Shown: positions 59,200 to 64,000 of the stretch, one piece after another
Layout of the letters: the number at the start of each line of letters is the position of its first letter
Position numbering within the stretch: the first letter of the stretch is position 1
Assembly (NCBI GenBank): GCA_963796055.1
Contig: CAWCKH010000004.1
Coordinates: 1,952,001-2,016,000 of the forward strand
Length of the DNA stretch: 64,000 nucleotides
Reading direction: 5' to 3'
Source: an uncultured delta proteobacterium
Lineage (GTDB): Bacteria; Myxococcota; Myxococcia; Myxococcales; Myxococcaceae
Program-made: the position numbers and the translations under genes
Notes under the pieces: model-generated
Database searches by the model: none
Seen by the model: only the letters and a program-made list of their open reading frames with translations
Told to the model about the DNA's origin: nothing

Positions 59200-60494
59200 C
59201 TGACGAATCCCCACTTCTCGTGAGGCAGAGCGCGAGGAAAGTCGGGAGCTTGAACGGCGCGTGGCCGCGACACGTCACGCTTGTTCTTGTGAGAAAACCA
59301 GGATCAGTAGACGCGGCCCGCGCCGCGCTTCTTGTCGCGCGTTTCACCAGCCCTCTGCAAGCAGTCCTCGACACCCGGCTCGTCAGCGCGCTGACGGTCG
59401 CAGTGACGGCGGCCTGCATGGGCGCCCAGCTGACGCTGACGTCCCTGGGGCGATGGCTTCCCGGACCAGCGCTTCGCAAGCACTCAGTGAAGCGCATCGA
59501 CCGGCTCCTCGGGAACAACAGGTTGCACCTGAAGCTGGCGGCGTGTTGGGCAGCGCTGGCCGCCCTTCCCGCGAAGGGCCGCATCGTCCTCCTCATCGAC
59601 TGGACGGGCGCCAACGACGGCAAGCAGTGGTGGGTGCTCAGTGCGTCCCTCGCCGCCGCTGGCAGAGCCATCCCGCTCTACGACGCCGTCTTCGGCAAGG
59701 GAGAGTACGACTCGGTCCGAGCACGGGAGACCTTCCTGCGAGAGCTCGAGCGGATTCTGCCTCCGTGCAGGCGAGTCATCTTCGTGGCCGATGCTGGCTT
59801 TCGGGTGCCCTTTCTCAAGCAGCTGGCTTCCCGCGGCTGGGACTTCGTCGTCCGTCTACGTGGCCGCCCCTACGTCCTGCTCAAGCGCACCGGTGAGAGC
59901 TTCCGGCTGAAGGAACTCCGCCGTCGCGCAAGGCCAACGGCAGCGTCGCTCGGCCCGGCACAGGTTTGTCGAGGTAGCAAAGCCTTCGTGTGCCGCCAAC
60001 TCGTGCTCTTCCGGACGCGGCGGAAGGGACGCAAAGCGAAGGACCGACTGGGCCGTGTCCGGAAGTGGCGACGGAGCCGTCACTACGCCTCCTCGTGGCG
60101 GGAACCGTGGGTGCTGCTCACGTCCCTGCCGGACGGCGCCGAGAGGATTCGGCAGCTCTACTCGATGCGCATGGCCATCGAGGAGACCTTCCGAGACATC
60201 AAGAACCCACGCCTCGGCATGGGTTTCGCCGGCTCCGCCTCACGCTCGCTCCCTCGGGTACGCGTCCTGTGGCTCATCGGCGCCATCGCCGCGAAGGTCT
60301 GCAGGGCGATGGGCGAGCACGCCGAGAAGATAGGCCTCGTCCGCGGGCTTCAGGCCAACACCATCAAAGACCGACGGGTGCTCTCCGTCTTCCGTGCCGG
60401 GATGCTCGTCCTCAACATACTCCTCGCCCCCCTCCGGGACGCTCTTGGCGGTCCACCACCCCTACTGCTCGCATGAGAAGTGGGGATCCGTCAG
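59200..60494 (+). mobile_element. IS4-family (IS10-like) insertion sequence (1295 bp)
   Basis: 20-bp TIRs CTGACGAATCCCCACTTCTC / GAGAAGTGGGGATCCGTCAG (1 mismatch); 9-bp TSD TGTCAAACA at 59191-99 and 60495-503. Confidence 0.96.
59289..60476 (+). CDS. IS4-family (IS10 group) DDE transposase, intact; start uncertain
   Basis: LTLTSLGR.LP..KH..KRIDRLLGN, IDWT, VADAGF, EPWVLLT, YREK motif YSMRMAIEETFRDIK. Confidence 0.93.
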   Translation: MRKPGSVDAARAALLVARFTSPLQAVLDTRLVSALTVAVTAACMGAQLTLTSLGRWLPGPALRKHSVKRIDRLLGNNRLHLKLAACWAALAALPAKGRIVLLIDWTGANDGKQWWVLSASLAAAGRAIPLYDAVFGKGEYDSVRARETFLRELERILPPCRRVIFVADAGFRVPFLKQLASRGWDFVVRLRGRPYVLLKRTGESFRLKELRRRARPTAASLGPAQVCRGSKAFVCRQLVLFRTRRKGRKAKDRLGRVRKWRRSRHYASSWREPWVLLTSLPDGAERIRQLYSMRMAIEETFRDIKNPRLGMGFAGSASRSLPRVRVLWLIGAIAAKVCRAMGEHAEKIGLVRGLQANTIKDRRVLSVFRAGMLVLNILLAPLRDALGGPPPLLLA

Positions 60495-60654
60495 TGTCAA
60501 ACACCTCTGTCGTCCTCTCCTCCGGGTTTCCCACCGGTCGCCCACAGGGCGGGTGCGTGTTACCCCAGCCTTTCCACAAGGATTTCCACGGCCGTGAAAT
60601 GTTCCGTCTGCACTGCTTGCTTCGGGGGGTTGTGGGCGATAGCCTCCGACCTCG

Positions 60655-60867
60655 ATGCGGCTGGCAGAACAGGACACCCGGAAGGACCGGCTGAAGCGGG
60701 AGGGCCCCGCCGTGCTCGACGCGTGGCCGCTCCCGGCGCACGCGGCGGTCCCCGAGGCCGATGAGCCGCTGGACCGCGCGGCGGAGGGCGAGGACGAGCC
60801 CATCACTCAGAAGGTGCCCGCCACGCCGGCACCCGATCCCGGTCGTTCGTCGCCCGGCGAGCGCTAG
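60655..60867 (+). CDS. Small hypothetical protein
   Basis: 70-aa ORF with GC3 bias; no recognisable motif. Confidence 0.4.
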   Translation: MRLAEQDTRKDRLKREGPAVLDAWPLPAHAAVPEADEPLDRAAEGEDEPITQKVPATPAPDPGRSSPGER

Positions 60868-61134
60868 GAGCCTGTAGGGCAGCACTGAGTGCGGCCGCCC
60901 TGACCTCGCCGACTGCAGCCCGCCTGACGACACCCTGACCCAGATCTCGACCGCGGCCGCCCTGACTACTCGCCTGCGGCCGCCGTGACCTGCCGACTGC
61001 AGCCCGCCTGACGACACGCTGACCCGGATCTCGGGCGCGGCCGCCCTGACTACTCGCCTGCGGCCGCCGTGACCTGCCGACTGCAGCCCGCCTGACGACA
61101 TGCTGACCCGGATCCCGGGCGCGGCCGCCTTGAC

Positions 61135-61138
<4 letters not shown>
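60864..61138 (+). repeat. Modular CTAG-bounded repeat, copy with 3 internal modules (84-85-bp tandem units, 275 bp)
   Basis: Units start at 60890, 60975 and 61059; core GCGGCCGCCNTGAC occurs six times. Confidence 0.9.
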
Positions 61139-63423
<2,285 letters not shown>

Positions 63424-63427
63424 GGTT

Positions 63428-63751
63428 CTAGATCTCCTCCGGTTCCATCGTCAGGCGGAGCGGGAACTCGTGCTCACGGGCCAGTGCCTCCACCACCTCG
63501 ATCTTCGTTCGAGCCACGTCATACGTATAAACGCCTGCCACCCCGATGCCCGTGTTGTGCACGTGGAGCATGATCGCCACCGCGTCGGATTCCGATTTGT
63601 GGAACACCTCGCGAAGCACTGCCACCACGAAATCGCGGGTGGTGTAGTTGTCGTTGTGAAAGAGCACCTTGTAGAGCTGCGGCCGCTTGAGCTTCCGCTC
63701 GGTCTGGCTCTCGGTGGTGACTCCCGTGTCCGGATCCACGCGCTCGGGCAT
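63428..63751 (-). CDS. clpS: Clp protease adaptor ClpS
   Basis: YKVLFHNDNYTTRDFVV.VL..VF, IMLHVH..G.G..G.Y..D.A.TK, FPL..TME. Confidence 0.95.
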   Translation of the reverse strand: MPERVDPDTGVTTESQTERKLKRPQLYKVLFHNDNYTTRDFVVAVLREVFHKSESDAVAIMLHVHNTGIGVAGVYTYDVARTKIEVVEALAREHEFPLRLTMEPEEI

Positions 63752-63762
63752 CGGTCTACCTT

Positions 63763-64000
63763 CTAGTCCTTGAATCCGGTCTCCGCCCGCCACGCCGGCA
63801 AGCCGGCCTGGATGGCGGCCCGCTCATGGGCCAGAAATTCCCGGACCGCCCGGTCCAGCCCCCGGTGGAACAGGGCGTGTGCGCTGTAGGTGAGGCTGGG
63901 AGTGAAGCCGCGGACCAGCTTGTGCTCGCCACCGGCGCCCGGCTCGAAGCGGAGCAGCCCGCGGCGAACCACCTCGTCCATCCCGGCGTAGAGGCAGACG
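63763..64000 (-). CDS. FemAB-like/DUF482 GNAT protein, C-terminal part (runs off the window)
   Basis: RFEPGAGGEHKLVRGF.P..TYSAH motif. Confidence 0.8.
   Translation of the reverse strand, partial: VCLYAGMDEVVRRGLLRFEPGAGGEHKLVRGFTPSLTYSAHALFHRGLDRAVREFLAHERAAIQAGLPAWRAETGFKD

Noticed and set aside
60525..60640. Cluster of DnaA-box-like TTTCCACA/CCCACA words (oriC?)
   Set aside because: All are degenerate, with no AT-rich unwinding element and no dnaA/gidA context.
60412..61101. 229-aa minus-strand ORF with VSSGGLQSA repeats (also ORF 15062..15301)
   Set aside because: These are translations of the non-coding modular repeat; the longer one also overlaps the IS end.

Overview
A very GC-rich bacterial chromosomal window, probably Myxococcota. 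This is inferred from the PEGA/beta-barrel proteins, DAG/DGG-linker lipoproteins, sigma-54 regulation and a Myxococcus-type LexA box. Most of it is housekeeping or accessory genes: a sigma-54 activator, msrPQ, a Cu P-type ATPase, alkA-ogt, DUF1800/DUF1501, amtB, glucan phosphorylase, WS/DGAT, OM barrels, degP, DPP-IV, a cold-shock protein, sucAB, fabI and clpS-clpA. There are two IS elements (IS630 family; IS4 family/IS10-like). No tRNA, rRNA or CRISPR array was seen. The most unusual signals are non-coding. (1) A modular CTAG-bounded, BOX-like repeat occurs with 0, 1 and 3 internal modules, and the IS630 sits in the terminal CTAG of one copy. (2) A 20-bp REP-like palindrome occurs four times, with the IS10-like element inserted in the centre of one copy (9-bp TSD). 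(3) A ~190-290 bp nested palindrome with four phased 20-bp motifs lies in a gene-free convergent gap at 22.5-22.8 kb. (4) A near-perfect LexA box precedes an unknown zinc-ribbon gene. (5) A complete enhancer plus sigma-54 promoter cassette follows the activator gene. Several single-base frameshifts, including one in sucB, suggest indel errors in the assembly.
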